DNA of 63,386 nt, counting the filler, from Chiloscyllium plagiosum (taxonomy: Eukaryota): assembly GCF_004010195.1 (NCBI RefSeq). It is 5 parts of one record of this genome, joined end to end, with 100 filler letters (N's around TTAATTAATTAA, not from the genome) between each part and the next. Parts side by side here need not be neighbours in the genome. Positions count along the whole stretch, not along the records: positions 31,563 to 40,177 come from NC_057717.1; positions 40,278 to 49,911 come from NC_057717.1; 3 more parts are not named here. The stretch is one strand, 5' to 3'. Below the pieces are notes generated by a model. The model saw only the letters and a program-made list of their open reading frames with translations. It was not told the origin of the DNA and did not search any database. The position numbers were made by a program, and so were the translations under genes. Shown here piece after piece: positions 35,678 to 48,430 of the stretch (position 1 is its first letter; every line of letters begins with the position of its first letter).

Positions 35678-38496
35678 AGGCTCGTGCAATGCTAGCAACT
35701 TCTTGACACTGTTATTGTCTTCTTGTTCAAATGCAAATTCATGACGAATCACTGAGTTTTATGAGTAATGGGACAATCTCTTTGGCACATTATATCAGTG
35801 CCAGTCATCTAAAATCACACCTCTGAACACAGATTTCAGCACTTGGCCTTGTATGTTCTAATGTTGTATTGCTCATCTAAATAGGTCTTCCTTGACTTGA
35901 GGGATTCCATGGGACGAACAGAATTCACTTAATCACTGACAGGAAACGTTGCTGTTTGTTGGAACATGAACGCTAAATTTTCCTCCTTGTAGATATTTCT
36001 GAAAATCAAACTCTTTCTCGGAGCATTTTTCCATTTTTCCTAATGATGCCATCAGTTTTGGATTAAATTCGCCAGGCAACTACGAATGACTCGCCTTTGC
36101 ATTCCCTCTGCTCATCTGTCGTATACTGTCCCTCAAAGTAAACAACCAGCNNNNNNNNNNNNNNNNNNNNNNNNNNNNNNNNNNNNNNNNNNNNNNNNNN
36201 NNNNNNNNNNNNNNNNNNNNNNNNNNNNNNNNNNNNNNNNNNNNNNNNNNNNNNNNNNNNNNNNNNNNNNNNNNNNNNNNNNNNNNNNNNNNNNNNNNNN
36301 NNNNNNNNNNNNNNNNNNNNNNNNNNNNNNNNNNNNNNNNNNNNNNNNNNNNNNNNNNNNNNNNNNNNNNNNNNNNNNNNNNNNNNNNNNNNNNNNNNNN
36401 NNNNNNNNNNNNNNNNNNNNNNNNNNNNNNNNNNNNNNNNNNNNNNNNNNNNNNNNNNNNNNNNNNNNNNNNNNNNNNNNNNNNNNNNNNNNNNNNNNNN
36501 NNNNNNNNNNNNNNNNNNNNNNNNNNNNNNNNNNNNNNNNNNNNNNNNNNNNNNNNNNNNNNNNNNNNNNNNNNNNNNNNNNNNNNNNNNNNNNNNNNNN
36601 NNNNNNNNNNNNNNNNNNNNNNNNNNNNNNNNNNNNNNNNNNNNNNNNNNNNNNNNNNNNNNNNNNNNNNNNNNNNNNNNNNNNNNNNNNNNNNNNNNNN
36701 NNNNNNNNNNNNNNNNNNNNNNNNNNNNNNNNNNNNNNNNNNNNNNNNNNNNNNNNNNNNNNNNNNNNNNNNNNNNNNNNNNNNNNNNNNNNNNNNNNNN
36801 NNNNNNNNNNNNNNNNNNNNNNNNNNNNNNNNNNNNNNNNNNNNNNNNNNNNNNNNNNNNNNNNNNNNNNNNNNNNNNNNNNNNNNNNNNNNNNNNNNNN
36901 NNNNNNNNNNNNNNNNNNNNNNNNNNNNNNNNNNNNNNNNNNNNNNNNNNNNNNNNNNNNNNNNNNNNNNNNNNNNNNNNNNNNNNNNNNNNNACTAGAT
37001 GTGGTAAAGACACGGCAGGTCTGTAAGTATTTATAAAGAGAAATCAGCGTCAATGTTTCCGTTTCGCTGAACTATGGAAGCAAAATGTTGACTCAGAGTT
37101 TTCTTCACAGATGCAATCAGACCTGCTGAGTAATCGACGGAGTTCAGCTTCTCGTGCTGTGCTCTGCTACCTGTGAAAGCATTACATGGCGCTTTGGCTG
37201 ATGTGATGCATCTAATGTGAATCTGAATCAATATCCATTTATTGCTCCGTTTCATTTCTGCTGTCCTTGACCAACTCTCTGTCAAGATCTTTCTTCCATT
37301 ATCTCCGAGAATGCCTTCAACTGTCTTAGATATTTTATTATTCAATCTATTGACTCTCTAGATTAGTTTTTTGTTTACAGCTGAACGTAGTATCCATAAT
37401 GTAAGTAGTTATTCACCAAGAAATGGAGAAGGGCCTGCGATTTGTGTCAAAATCAATAAAAATTAAATGACATCATTATGATTCTATAAAACAAATTTCC
37501 GCACCAATCAAATTATGAGATAATATGGAGTTTACAAAATATTGACTGGCCAAATATGTAGTTTTCAAAGCATATTTTACAGTGCAAATCTGAGGTTGAG
37601 ACAGAGGGAAGGTTAGTGAACATGTGTCACCATTCATGGCCTTCATAGCCGAAGGATTAATGAACCAAATGTGTAACAGTTAAAATCGACAATTCTCAGG
37701 AAGTTAGAATTACATGTAACGCAGATAAATGAAAGGGCATCTGTAAAAAGAAATCAATACCTGAATATGCGAATCGCTGGCTGCGTTAGCAATTATTTAC
37801 CTGGCTTCATTGTACTTGAGAGGGCTGGAAGCCCGAGGATATTACAGGTCTGGGTCGAGAGCAAATGACAAAGAGATTTGAATAGAAGGAAGTGAAGTTA
37901 AAATGCATCTGTCCGAATACGAGTTGGTGGGTGAACCGGAAGTGATTCGAATCCTGACAGAGGAGCAGGGTTTTGGATGATGTGTAAGTTTTGGATGAGT
38001 GAATAACCTGTGAGTGAATAACCTTCCCTTAAAACATTGTTGGATTTCTAGAGAACAGATAAAGCTGGTAAAAATGAGAATGTACATTGATTGAAACCTC
38101 ATTCAGATGCAGGAAATGGAAGGAACAATGAAACATTAAACAGAACTCAAGTAAACTCATTAATAGAGGCAGCGAAAATCGGACAAGTGCCGAGAGGGAA
38201 GGTGGGAGGACGGCTCTCGGTTTATTAGAGGTTAGGTCCACGGAGAACAAAAGAATTCATGAGAGTTTCAGCAGCAGGTGAACAGAACATAGGTGGATTC
38301 GGGTTGTGTAACTTAGGTGGGCAGTCTTGGTGGCAATGGTGATATGTGGTTGAAAACTCATTTCCGGGTGAAGCATTTCAGCATGGTTATGACGCGTGTT
38401 TTTCACACTCAGATAGTTGTCAGGGAGAGCGATGGATACAACGTCGAGGCATTAGCATTTGTGTTGGAGGCTGAAGAAAGGCCACAATCTTGCCAG

Positions 38497-39195
38497 AGAG
38501 TCATAGTTTCATAGAGATGTACAGCATGGAAACAGACACTTCAATCCATCTGTCCACGCCGACCAGATATCCCAACCCAATGTAGTCCTACCTGCCAGCA
38601 CCCGGCCCATAGCCCTCCAAACCTTTCCTTTTCAATTTACCGCGCAAATGTCTCGTAAATGTTGGAATTGTACCAGCCTCCACCACATCCTCTGGCATGT
38701 CACTCCATTCATGTACCACCCTCTGCATGATAAAGTTGCCCTTTAGATCTCTTTTATATTTTGCCCTCTCACCCTAAACCTGTGCCCTCGAGTTCTGGAC
38801 TCCCCAATCCCAGGGAGAAGACTTTGTCGATTTATCCAATCCATGCCCCTCATAATTTTGTAAACCTTTGCAAGGTCATCCCTCAGCCTCCGACGCTCCA
38901 GGAAAAACTGCCCCAGCCTGTTCAGCCTCACCCCATACCTCAATCCTCCAACCCTGGCAACATCCTTATATATCTTTTCTGAACCCTATCAAATTGCACA
39001 ACATCTTTCTGATAGGAAGGAGGCACTAATTGCACGCAATATTTCAACAGTAGCCTAAGCAATGTCCTGTACAGCCGCAACATAACCTCCCAACTCCTGC
39101 ACTCAATACTATGTTCAATAAAGGAAAGTGTACCAAATGCCTTCTTCACTATCCTATCGACCTGCGATTCCACTTTCAAGGCGCTATGAACCTAC
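38497..39195 (-). mobile_element. CR1 LINE 3' end (copy-1 counterpart 10918-11075 runs into a gap)
   Basis: Minus ORFs LYRTLLRLLLKYCVQ, VQKRYIRMLPG, RRRLRDDL, TRGHRFRVRG; agagtcatag tail. Confidence 0.9.
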
Positions 39196-39896
39196 ATCCA
39201 AGGTAGCTTTGTTGAGGAGTTTTTTACTCGACCAGGTGTGGACGTCTGACAAGTCAGGATGGTGTGCAAACTGGAGAGAAATCTGTAGACCACTAAGCGG
39301 CACGGTTGCTCAGTGGTTAATGCTGATGCCTCACAGCAGTCGAAGCCCAGATGTGATTTCAGCCTCGAGTGTCTGTCTGTGGGCAGTTTGCAGATTTTCT
39401 CCCTGTCTATGTGGCTTTTCTGCAGGTGCTCTGGTTTGCTTCCACAGTGCAGAAATGTGCAATCTGGTAAATTGCCCATAGTTTAATCTACATAAGTCAG
39501 ATGCAAATGGGCCTTGGTGGGTTATTCTTTGGAGGGTGGGTCTGAAATTGTTGTGCTGAAGTGTGTGCTTCCACACTTTAGGGAATCTCACCTGACCGAA
39601 TCAAACTAAAAGTGATGGTGTTCACATCAACCTGCTGCGCTGCTGTTTCTCGGTGGTGGGGAGGGAGTGCTTGGAAGCTTCTGACGACGCTCTGGTCAGG
39701 TTTTGGGTGTTTGTATTCCATCTCTTTCAGTCGCTACCTTCACATAGAAGACAGAGTCTTGAGAGACATTATCTCTCAGTCTCTTGTTCTTTTGTTTGAC
39801 ATTAATTTCACGGATATTAGAAGGGAAAGACTTACAAAACATGATATGATGTGGTTGTCAATTTTATCAAAAATGATACGTGATCAGACATTGAAC

Positions 39897-40177
39897 ATGG
39901 AAGTAAACATCCAATTTACAGTAGGAGAGAAACCGTATGCGTGTTGTGCGTTTGAGCAAACGTTTAGTCAATCATCAGAGCCACAAACCACAAATGCAGT
40001 TACTCTCGGGAGGAAACTGTGCAACTGAAGTGATTGTGGGGAAAGATTCATTTTCGCAAAGGGGCTGGAACCTCATTGATGGAGTCACAACTGACCAGTG
40101 TATGGGAATGGATCCACTCAGTCATCTCACATGCCGCATCAGCAGCTCGTTCACACTGACACAGACCATTCGAATAC
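39897..40177 (+). pseudogene. C2H2 zinc-finger pseudogene, duplicate copy (cut by gap)
   Basis: Near-identical to 11772-12050 and sharing its disablements. Confidence 0.85.
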
Positions 40178-42410
40178 NNNNNNNNNNNNNNNNNNNNNNN
40201 NNNNNNNNNNNNNNNNNNNNNTTAATTAATTAANNNNNNNNNNNNNNNNNNNNNNNNNNNNNNNNNNNNNNNNNNNNAAAGGGAAAAGGCTTCCAAAATC
40301 GGAAATGCTGAAACATTTGTGAGATTTAGTTCAGTATTCTCTTAATGTTGATATGTAGGTAATTTGAGAGTTCATGTGAGATACTTCTGCTCAATCACGA
40401 TAATCAAAAGAGATTCTACAAGGGCATTACAAGCAAAAGAATAATTAGCGCCTTTTGGTGGTGTAAATACTTATATTTGTGTCGAATCGCAGTAGATGAA
40501 AGAGATACAAAATGACTGTCTGACAGTTTTTACATTCGATTTTTGAGAACTCAAATAGATGTTTTAAACACAGTTCACAATTTTAAAGAGGAAAAGTTGG
40601 ATTTATTTGAAAATAAACGTTTGGATATTTGTCTGGAATCAGACTTCGTGTATCCCAGGACTTCGTGGGAGGCTGTGAGCAAAATAATTTATCATCTATA
40701 ACCACAGGTGAATTGCCAAATAGCTGAGGATTACCCAATGTTGTGCATTTATTTAAGAAAGGTTGCACATAGAAACCCGTGAACTACAGGACTGTGAGTC
40801 TAGCTTTGGTGGTGGGTAAGTTATCGGAAGTGATTCTAAAAGACAGGACTTTTTCGCATTCTGAGTTTAAAAAAATATATTCAGCATGGTTTTGGGTGAG
40901 GGAAATTGAGTCTCACAAACGTGATTGTATTTTTGAGAAAATAAATGAGAAGATTTATGAGGGCAGAGCCGTAAAATATTTTTCACTTGGACATTCGTAA
41001 TTCCTTTAACAAGGTTCCACATGGTAGATTTATTCTTCCAGTTATGTCACATGTGAATCAGGGTGAGCTTTTCAGTTGGATATAAAATTGATCTGATAGC
41101 ATGAGACAGACACGGAATGTGACGGTTGATTCTTTTTCAGAATGGAGGATTGTTCGCAACAGTCAATAACAGGGATCGGTGCTGGGTCCACTTCTGCTCG
41201 TCCGTTTTATATAAGTTATTTAAATAAAAATATGCCAAGCATGGGAAGTAATTTTGTAGATGCCAGCAAAATTGGTGGCAGAGTCGACTGTGAAGAAAGT
41301 TGTCTGAGATTGCAAAGATCAATATGTGACTCGACGAAGGATCAGCAGCCTGTGTTTAATTAGGATAAATGCGATGATCAATACTTAGACAATTAATAGT
41401 GTGCATTTGGATCATGTTGTCCAACAGAATACCAAAGGGTTCAGGCGCATAATTATTTGAAGTTTGCATGACATGTAGATCGGGTGGTAAAGGAGATGTT
41501 TATGATGCTCAGTCCGTTGAGAATAGGAGTTGGTACGTCATCTTGTGGTTGCACAGGGCGTTGGTGAGGCATTGCATGGAGTCGTATTCTTGAGGAAGAA
41601 TATTATTAAGGTGGGGAAGGTGCAGTAATGAAGGTTTTTGTTGGGAATGGAGATTTTGTATTTAATGGAGCAGCTGGAAAGACTGGGACTCGTTTTCAGT
41701 GGGGTGTTCGAGACTGAGCGGTGACCTTAGACCAGTTTATAAAGTGTTAAATGGTATAGACAACGTAAATGGCAGATTCGTTTTACATTGGATGACGAAT
41801 TTCAAAATTAGTGAATAAACTTTTAATGTGAGAGGAGTAAGATTAAAAAAAGGCTTGAGAAGGCTCGATAGATGTTTGTCATGCAGTTATGTTCCCCAAT
41901 TTATTGTAACCTTTTCCTCCTTCTGCCATCGTGATTTACTCTATTCAGATTTTATCCCCTCGACTCAGAATCAACTCTGTCAATCCCGATCTGAATGATG
42001 AGTTCTATCATTGCATTTTTCAATCTCAACAAGAGCTCTCTGACAGCTAAATTGCCAACTATTCCCTTTTCATTACACAAATAAAGTTATCTAATTAAAG
42101 TTGCCAGAGCCCCACAGACAATGGGACAACTGCCTCACTTGTGAGACAGAGACGACTGATGGTGCTTTACCCTAAGAGTCACTGATCTTCAAGCAAGGGT
42201 CAAGCATAAAAAGCTGAGACTTTCAGGGCGACCTTTGCTGGTGCGGGGACTGAATGCGTGGTATTCGTGTTACTCTGATTCATAAATCAACCGTCCACAC
42301 AATTGATCTAACCCACTTTCAAACAACATGCATTACTGGGGGGGAGGGGGTGTGGGGGATCAGGATGCTGAAACACTAGTCATGACAGATTTGGTGGGCT
42401 TCTTTCGTGG

Positions 42411-42460
42411 GGTAGCGTGGCCCAGCGGTCTGTGGCGCTGGATCTAAGCACCAGTCTCTA
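42411..42460 (+). pseudogene. tRNA-Leu pseudogene duplicate (5' part; gap follows)
   Basis: ggtagcgtggcccagcggtctgtggcgctggatctaagcaccagtctcta. Confidence 0.85.
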
Positions 42461-45400
42461 NNNNNNNNNNNNNNNNNNNNNNNNNNNNNNNNNNNNNNNN
42501 NNNNNNNNNNNNNNNNNNNNNNNNNNNNNNNNNNNNNNNNNNNNNNNNNNNNNNNNNNNNNNNNNNNNNNNNNNNNNNNNNNNNNNNNNNNNNNNNNNNN
42601 NNNNNNNNNNNNNNNNNNNNNNNNNNNNNNNNNNNNNNNNNNNNNNNNNNNNNNNNNNNNNNNNNNNNNNNNNNNNNNNNNNNNNNNNNNNNNNNNNNNN
42701 NNNNNNNNNNNNNNNNNNNNNNNNNNNNNNNNNNGCTGAAATGAAATTAACTGATTCAGAAGGTTCTGATGGAAAACATAGGGAACTTTCACTGAATGTT
42801 TCACAACTCACATGGAAAATGATCTTCTTGTGTGCCCATGCGGGTTGACGCAACAGACAGCTTATTCTTGGTAAATGGTATGGGAATGGGGTTGGGCAGT
42901 GCTGGGAGTATTTAGTGCTGGACGAAAGTGATCTGTGGGAGCGAGTCAGTCAAACATTCCAAGAGCAGGGAGAGCTGATTGGTCGAGGATAACTCTCCCA
43001 TTTTCTGTTTCTGTAACAAACATAGCATTTGCCCTAAAATATCAGCATGTCTGTCAGCATCTTTTTTCATGTCCATCTCCCTCTGCCTTTCTGCCCTCTC
43101 CATTTCTATTGAATATCTCCTGACTTCCAACTTTATCCTTAGCTTCTCTTTTATTATTTACTCTATGGCCGTTTTGACAGTCTCAAGATTTGTTACAGAC
43201 ATATCCCATCTCAACATGTTGAGCAGCTCTGACGGGAGGTCCTCGAACTGAATAAATAACTCTGTTTCTGTCACCTTACGTACCTGATAGCTAGAGACCG
43301 GAAGGTAGAGGAGGCCACATAGGCCTTTCAGTCCAAGTAGTCTGTTGCACCAGGTAATGATGGCAGATGTGAGTCTCAACACCAATCTACAGCATTCTCC
43401 CTGCAATGCTCACTCTACCTCCTTTTAGAATCCAGTGTGGTTTCCAACGTGGGTCTGAACCCGGCCCCCTCCATATGTATTGGCAGCTTGTTGCAATGTC
43501 TCTGTGTGTGACCGAGTTTGGTATGATGCCAGCGTAGCAAACACGATCACTCGTGAGAAAAGCACTTACCGCTTTGGTTGTGGTGGGGGGGGGGCGGGGA
43601 CAGTTAAATCGGGTCACTGGCCCCGCTGTGTTTCTGTGGGGGAGCGGTTATCACGTTCTCCTCTAAACTGAAGTATCCCTGTTTCCAATTGTCGAGCACA
43701 AAAGAATGATAGCTTTGATTCTGAACAAGGGTGGATCTTATTGCTTGCTGGTCTTGCAAGTAAACTTTCCATTGAATGTCCCAGCCCATTCCTCCGCTGT
43801 GGTGAAAGCGAATACAAGTCCAATTAATTGTTGTCTACGATTCTATTCGATATCTATTCTTCCTTGTTCTGAATTCGCACGGAATTTTCCAGCACGGACG
43901 GTAAGTATTTTTAAGAGAGCAGTCGGCGAGCCCTGATTCTTTCTGTCGAGAAGAAGTATCAGCTTCTGCGAAAGTGGCCGTGTTCAGAGACATTGCTGTT
44001 CCTTCCTTATGGGCGACAGGCTTCCAGATTGTTATGGATGGGGATTGATTGCAGTCTCTTCAGCAAACCTCGTTTTGAATTTAGTCGTCCAACACTACTT
44101 TAATGGCGAAAAGGAATACAATTCCAACTAATTGCTGCATGAACCTCTTTTTTCAAATTTGTCTGCAGCGGTCCTGAATATGCGCTGGTGTCTGCAGTAC
44201 TTGTGGCTATCCTGTTTAAGTGGGAAGTTACATGCTTTCTGTCGACTCGGTGCTCCAGAGGATATTTTCCCAACCGAAATTCACATAAGACACGGAACAC
44301 CCCCGGTTCAATACGAGGCAGCATCATTCTTGTTCCATTGTTACAGGTGGTAGCCTTTTGGATTGACGTGAACAGAGCATCAGTGTTTGATGTTCACATT
44401 AGCAAAACTGTGTTTGAATTTTCTCGTCCATATCTGTTGCCTTGGTGAAAGGAATGCAATTATTCCGGATTAATTACTGTGTGAAACTTTGTTATTTTGC
44501 CTTCTCCCGTGGAAAGAGTATTGGCGATGATGAAGGGCTTAAGCCAGATTCGTCAATTTTCCTGCTGCTCCGACTTGCTGTGCTTTTCCAGCACTACTTT
44601 CTCTTCTAAGTTTCTGTTCTCCTTCTTCCTAAATATAAGTCGAATTATACACCTCCGATGGTTGTGCTGTGTAAGGCCAATTAACGGGCATTGATCCTTT
44701 CTGTACCAGTCATACCGCATTTGCTTTACATGCGAAGGTGGCCTAGATCAGTGTGAAGGGGAACTCTCAATTGCTGATGTCACAGCAAACACTGGATACC
44801 GATGTATGGTCTCTGTCAACTGAATTCAAATCTAGAGTAAGAAATGCCTGATTTGGACGCTGTCTGCCGTTTCTCAACCTTTGTGAACCAAAACCTGAAA
44901 TCCTTAATCAGGATTTGCACAAATTCACGTTTTCGAGTTTTTCAACACAGGGCACATTTGCCGTTTTATTCGGTCAGCGACAGGAATGAAAAGATCTACT
45001 TCCTCTGATGAACTGTTTGACTCACACTCTTATATCTTCGCTCTGAAATCTAAGCCATGTTGGAACAGAAAATGAGGAAATACTAGACTTCTTTACAAAT
45101 GACTTCGTATCAATTTTATTTCCTTCATGTCAGCAACGTCCAAACAGGGAGGAATAGGAATAGGCACATGCAGCTCCGGTGAAACACATCAACAAGAGGA
45201 GTTAAACGACTCAGGGGAGAGAGAGAGAGAGAGAGAGAGCAAAGAACGAAAAAAATCACGTTTTTTTCACCTCGAACAAAGAAAAATATAAATACAAAGC
45301 AGGAATCAGCAACAGCCCTTCGCTGGAAGGCCCAATGAAGATGTTACCTCGTAGGTTGAAGAGACGTCAGGAAATGAGCATTCCAGCTCAGTGAGCAAAC

Positions 45401-46804
45401 CTACATCCAGATAAATAGGCGAGTGGGTGTGTGAGGCTGTAGTGAGTGGTGCATCCCGAAGATCCTGCTTGAAATGGGGATGGAAAAGACCACCAGTGAT
45501 GTGATCGATGAGGGCCAGGTCCTTCTCTGACGGTACAGAGATGCGTGAAATGCTGAGACTGGAATCTCCAACCTCACGCGGAGCACCTTGAATTGCTGTA
45601 GAGCAGGGAGAATTGTGACATTAGGCTGGAGGATTGAACCGCACCTGGACCAGCTTTTTGACATGGAGCAGCAGGAATTATTGGAATATCAGGCCGGGAG
45701 CTCCAACCTCACTTGCTACAATTTTTATTGATATTGAGAAGGAAGCACTGGGACGTCAGGCTGTAAGCTCCAACCTCACCAAGTGCAGTTCTTATTGGCA
45801 TGGAGAAGGGAACATTTGGACATCATGTTTGGATATTCAAACACACCTGAAGCAATTTCTATTGACATGAAGCAGGAAGCATTGGGACATCTGGCTGAGG
45901 GAAAGGATGCTCATCTATTTTAATCTGAAGTGAAATAGTTTTTAGCAGGACACATATTTGAGGACTGAGGAGATATGCTTCCAAAGGTAAATGTCTCAGT
46001 ATTAAAGATAAATCCTGCAAAAGTTTTACTCGTGGAGGAGTTCAGTGGTTATCTCTGCACTCTCAAAGCGCCATTGATCGGGTTCGATTCCAGCACTGGG
46101 CGACTGTCTCTGTGGAGTTTGAACATGCTCCTTGAATATTTGCGGGTTTCCTCCGGGTTCTCTGGTTTCCTCTCATAATATAAAATGGTCACTTGCAATG
46201 ACCATGTTAAATTGCCGATACTGTTAGGTGCATTACTCAGAGGGGAGTGAATCTTCTGGGTTCCTCTTTGAACAGTCAGTGCGCACTTGATTGTCCAAAT
46301 GGCCAGTTTCCAGTTTGTAGGGAACCAAATCTGTGCAGAGAGAAACAGGGGCATTTTTACGCTCTGTGACCTTTCTCATATGGCTGACTCTGCACTGAGT
46401 TAAATTTACAGAAGCGAGTTTTAGCTTGTTTCATATTATTGAATTTCCTGCGAAGTCGCACAGATCGTTAAAGTAATCTAAAGCGACGAAAATTAACGGG
46501 AACATCCATTGTGATTACACTCGACTTTGCCTCGATTTATGGACGAAAAACAGGAAACTAGAGTTGAAATTTATCAGATTAACAGTGATCACATTGAATG
46601 CTAGCGCAGATATCTGGTGAATGTCAGCTTCATGGGGGCAGACATATTTCCTTTGCGTCTGTTGCTTCAAAAAGTGGGGGCCATTGATGTGAAGCAGTGA
46701 CGGTGATTATCTTTGCTGGTTATTCAACTTGTGAACATTAACGTTGTTGTTCATATTCGTGTTGACAACACTGCTTTGCAGCCTGGATACATGCCGTAAT
46801 GTCC

Positions 46805-46877
46805 TAGCCAGTGGCACAATGGGTAATGCAACTGTCTACGGGTCAGGAGTTTGTAGGTTGGAATCCTGTTTGGCTCG
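46805..46877 (+). pseudogene. tRNA-Arg(ACG) pseudogene, duplicate
   Basis: Near-identical to 19937-20009 with the same lesions. Confidence 0.92.
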
Positions 46878-47649
46878 ACAGCAAGGCCATTCGGCTTTAC
46901 CAAACTGATAACGAGTTGCTGTGAGGCTAAGATGTGGATTTAATTCCTGATATGCAAGTGCAAGAATCCCTTCCACAAATCCGCTGAGTATACCATGGTC
47001 ACCACAGAAGTGGAATCTGAAATAGTTTGTTCTTACTACTTTGTATTTACCAAACCCAGCTGCTCAATTGCTGCAACTCCAGGGAATGGCAAGGAAACGA
47101 AACAAATACCCAATCTCAAGTTTCAAAATTGCTCGGTTGAAGAAGCACAGCTATTGAAGTGTTTCGACAGACTGGAGTTAGTTTCCTGAGAACAGGGGAG
47201 ATTGACAGGAGAAATAATTGATATGTAGAAAATAATATGGGGTATGGATTGGGCACATTGAGCGAAACGTTTTCCTATGATGGAGGTGTCAATCACCAGT
47301 GAACCGGAGATTTAAGGTAAGATGCAAGAACGTTTGAGTAGATGAATATAAAACTTAATCAGACAGCGAGTGTTTGGAATCTGGAACTCACTATCTCCAA
47401 GCGTCAGAGCGGCAGAAACCCTAATAACCTTCTGAGGTGTTCACTTGTGAATTTGTAATGCTGATGGCACACAAGGTCAAAGGATGGAAAATGGGATGAG
47501 GAGAGTCAACTAGTTATTTTTAACAAGGTTACGAACAAGGAGCTGGGAGCTTGGCTAGCTCTAACCTCCTCCGTAGTGTGATATTTACTATCCTCACCTG
47601 TCACGTGGGTGTCCAGAGTTCATTTCCTTGCTGCAGCGGCCCGGACTAT

Positions 47650-48430
47650 TTTGGGGTTTCAAGGTTTGTGTAAAGATTTGTAATTCTAGTGCAGGGTACG
47701 GTTGTGGGTAAATTTGGCGGTTTTGGGAAGTTGGTTTGCTGCCGTTTCCTACCATTTCTCGGAGACATCTTCAGGGGTGCTGAGACTCCTGTGAAGCGTG
47801 ACTGTCCTGTGGCATTTGGAATTGATTTGAGTTCATTTGCACTGCTTTCGTTTGTTGGTTCTGTTATTTCGTTGCAGGTCCCAGTATTTTGGGTTTTGCT
47901 CAACGTGCTTGTTGATGGAGTTCATGGATGAGTGTTGTCCTTCTAGAAATTCTCTGGCCGTCCTCTATTTGGCTTCTCCTATTATTTATGTGTTGACCCA
48001 GTCCAACTTGTTTTTCCAGTCGACTGTGTGTATTGCGACGAGGAGCAGATCGCCTTTGTTTTCACTGGCTGCTCCAGAAATGCTTTGCCAACAATAGATA
48101 TTCCCACAGAATCCTTACAGAGAACCAACGTTCGGAGGACATGTTATGACCCGATATACTAAGCACTCTACCTTATATATGAAGAGAATATCTCAGAACT
48201 GACAGCCATACTCCTCTCGCCATTCGGATTTATGAGAGAACATAACTCGAAAGCCAGGTTCAGCCAACAACTCACCAGAACAAATGACCAATACCCAGCA
48301 TGTGCTGGATACATGTGGACAAACAATACTCCACGCAACGAGTGCAGAAAACATTGTAAAGGACCAAGAGGAAGGCAAATCGAGACCCACATTCATGAAG
48401 AACAACTAACACCAAACACCACCGCGAGGT
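47650..48430. mobile_element. Old Penelope element with internal inversion (3' end and pLTR on -, RT-linker/GIY-YIG on +)
   Basis: 47650-48050 is reverse-complement homologous to 60660-61079; 48165-48420 reads LPY..ISELTA..LSPFG..QQLTRT..C..C..H..G..GRQ..IHE. Confidence 0.78.

Noticed and set aside
37930..37970. ccggaagtg ETS-like motif and gattcgaatcc B-box-like motif
   Set aside because: Short motifs with no matching A box, tRNA body or linked gene
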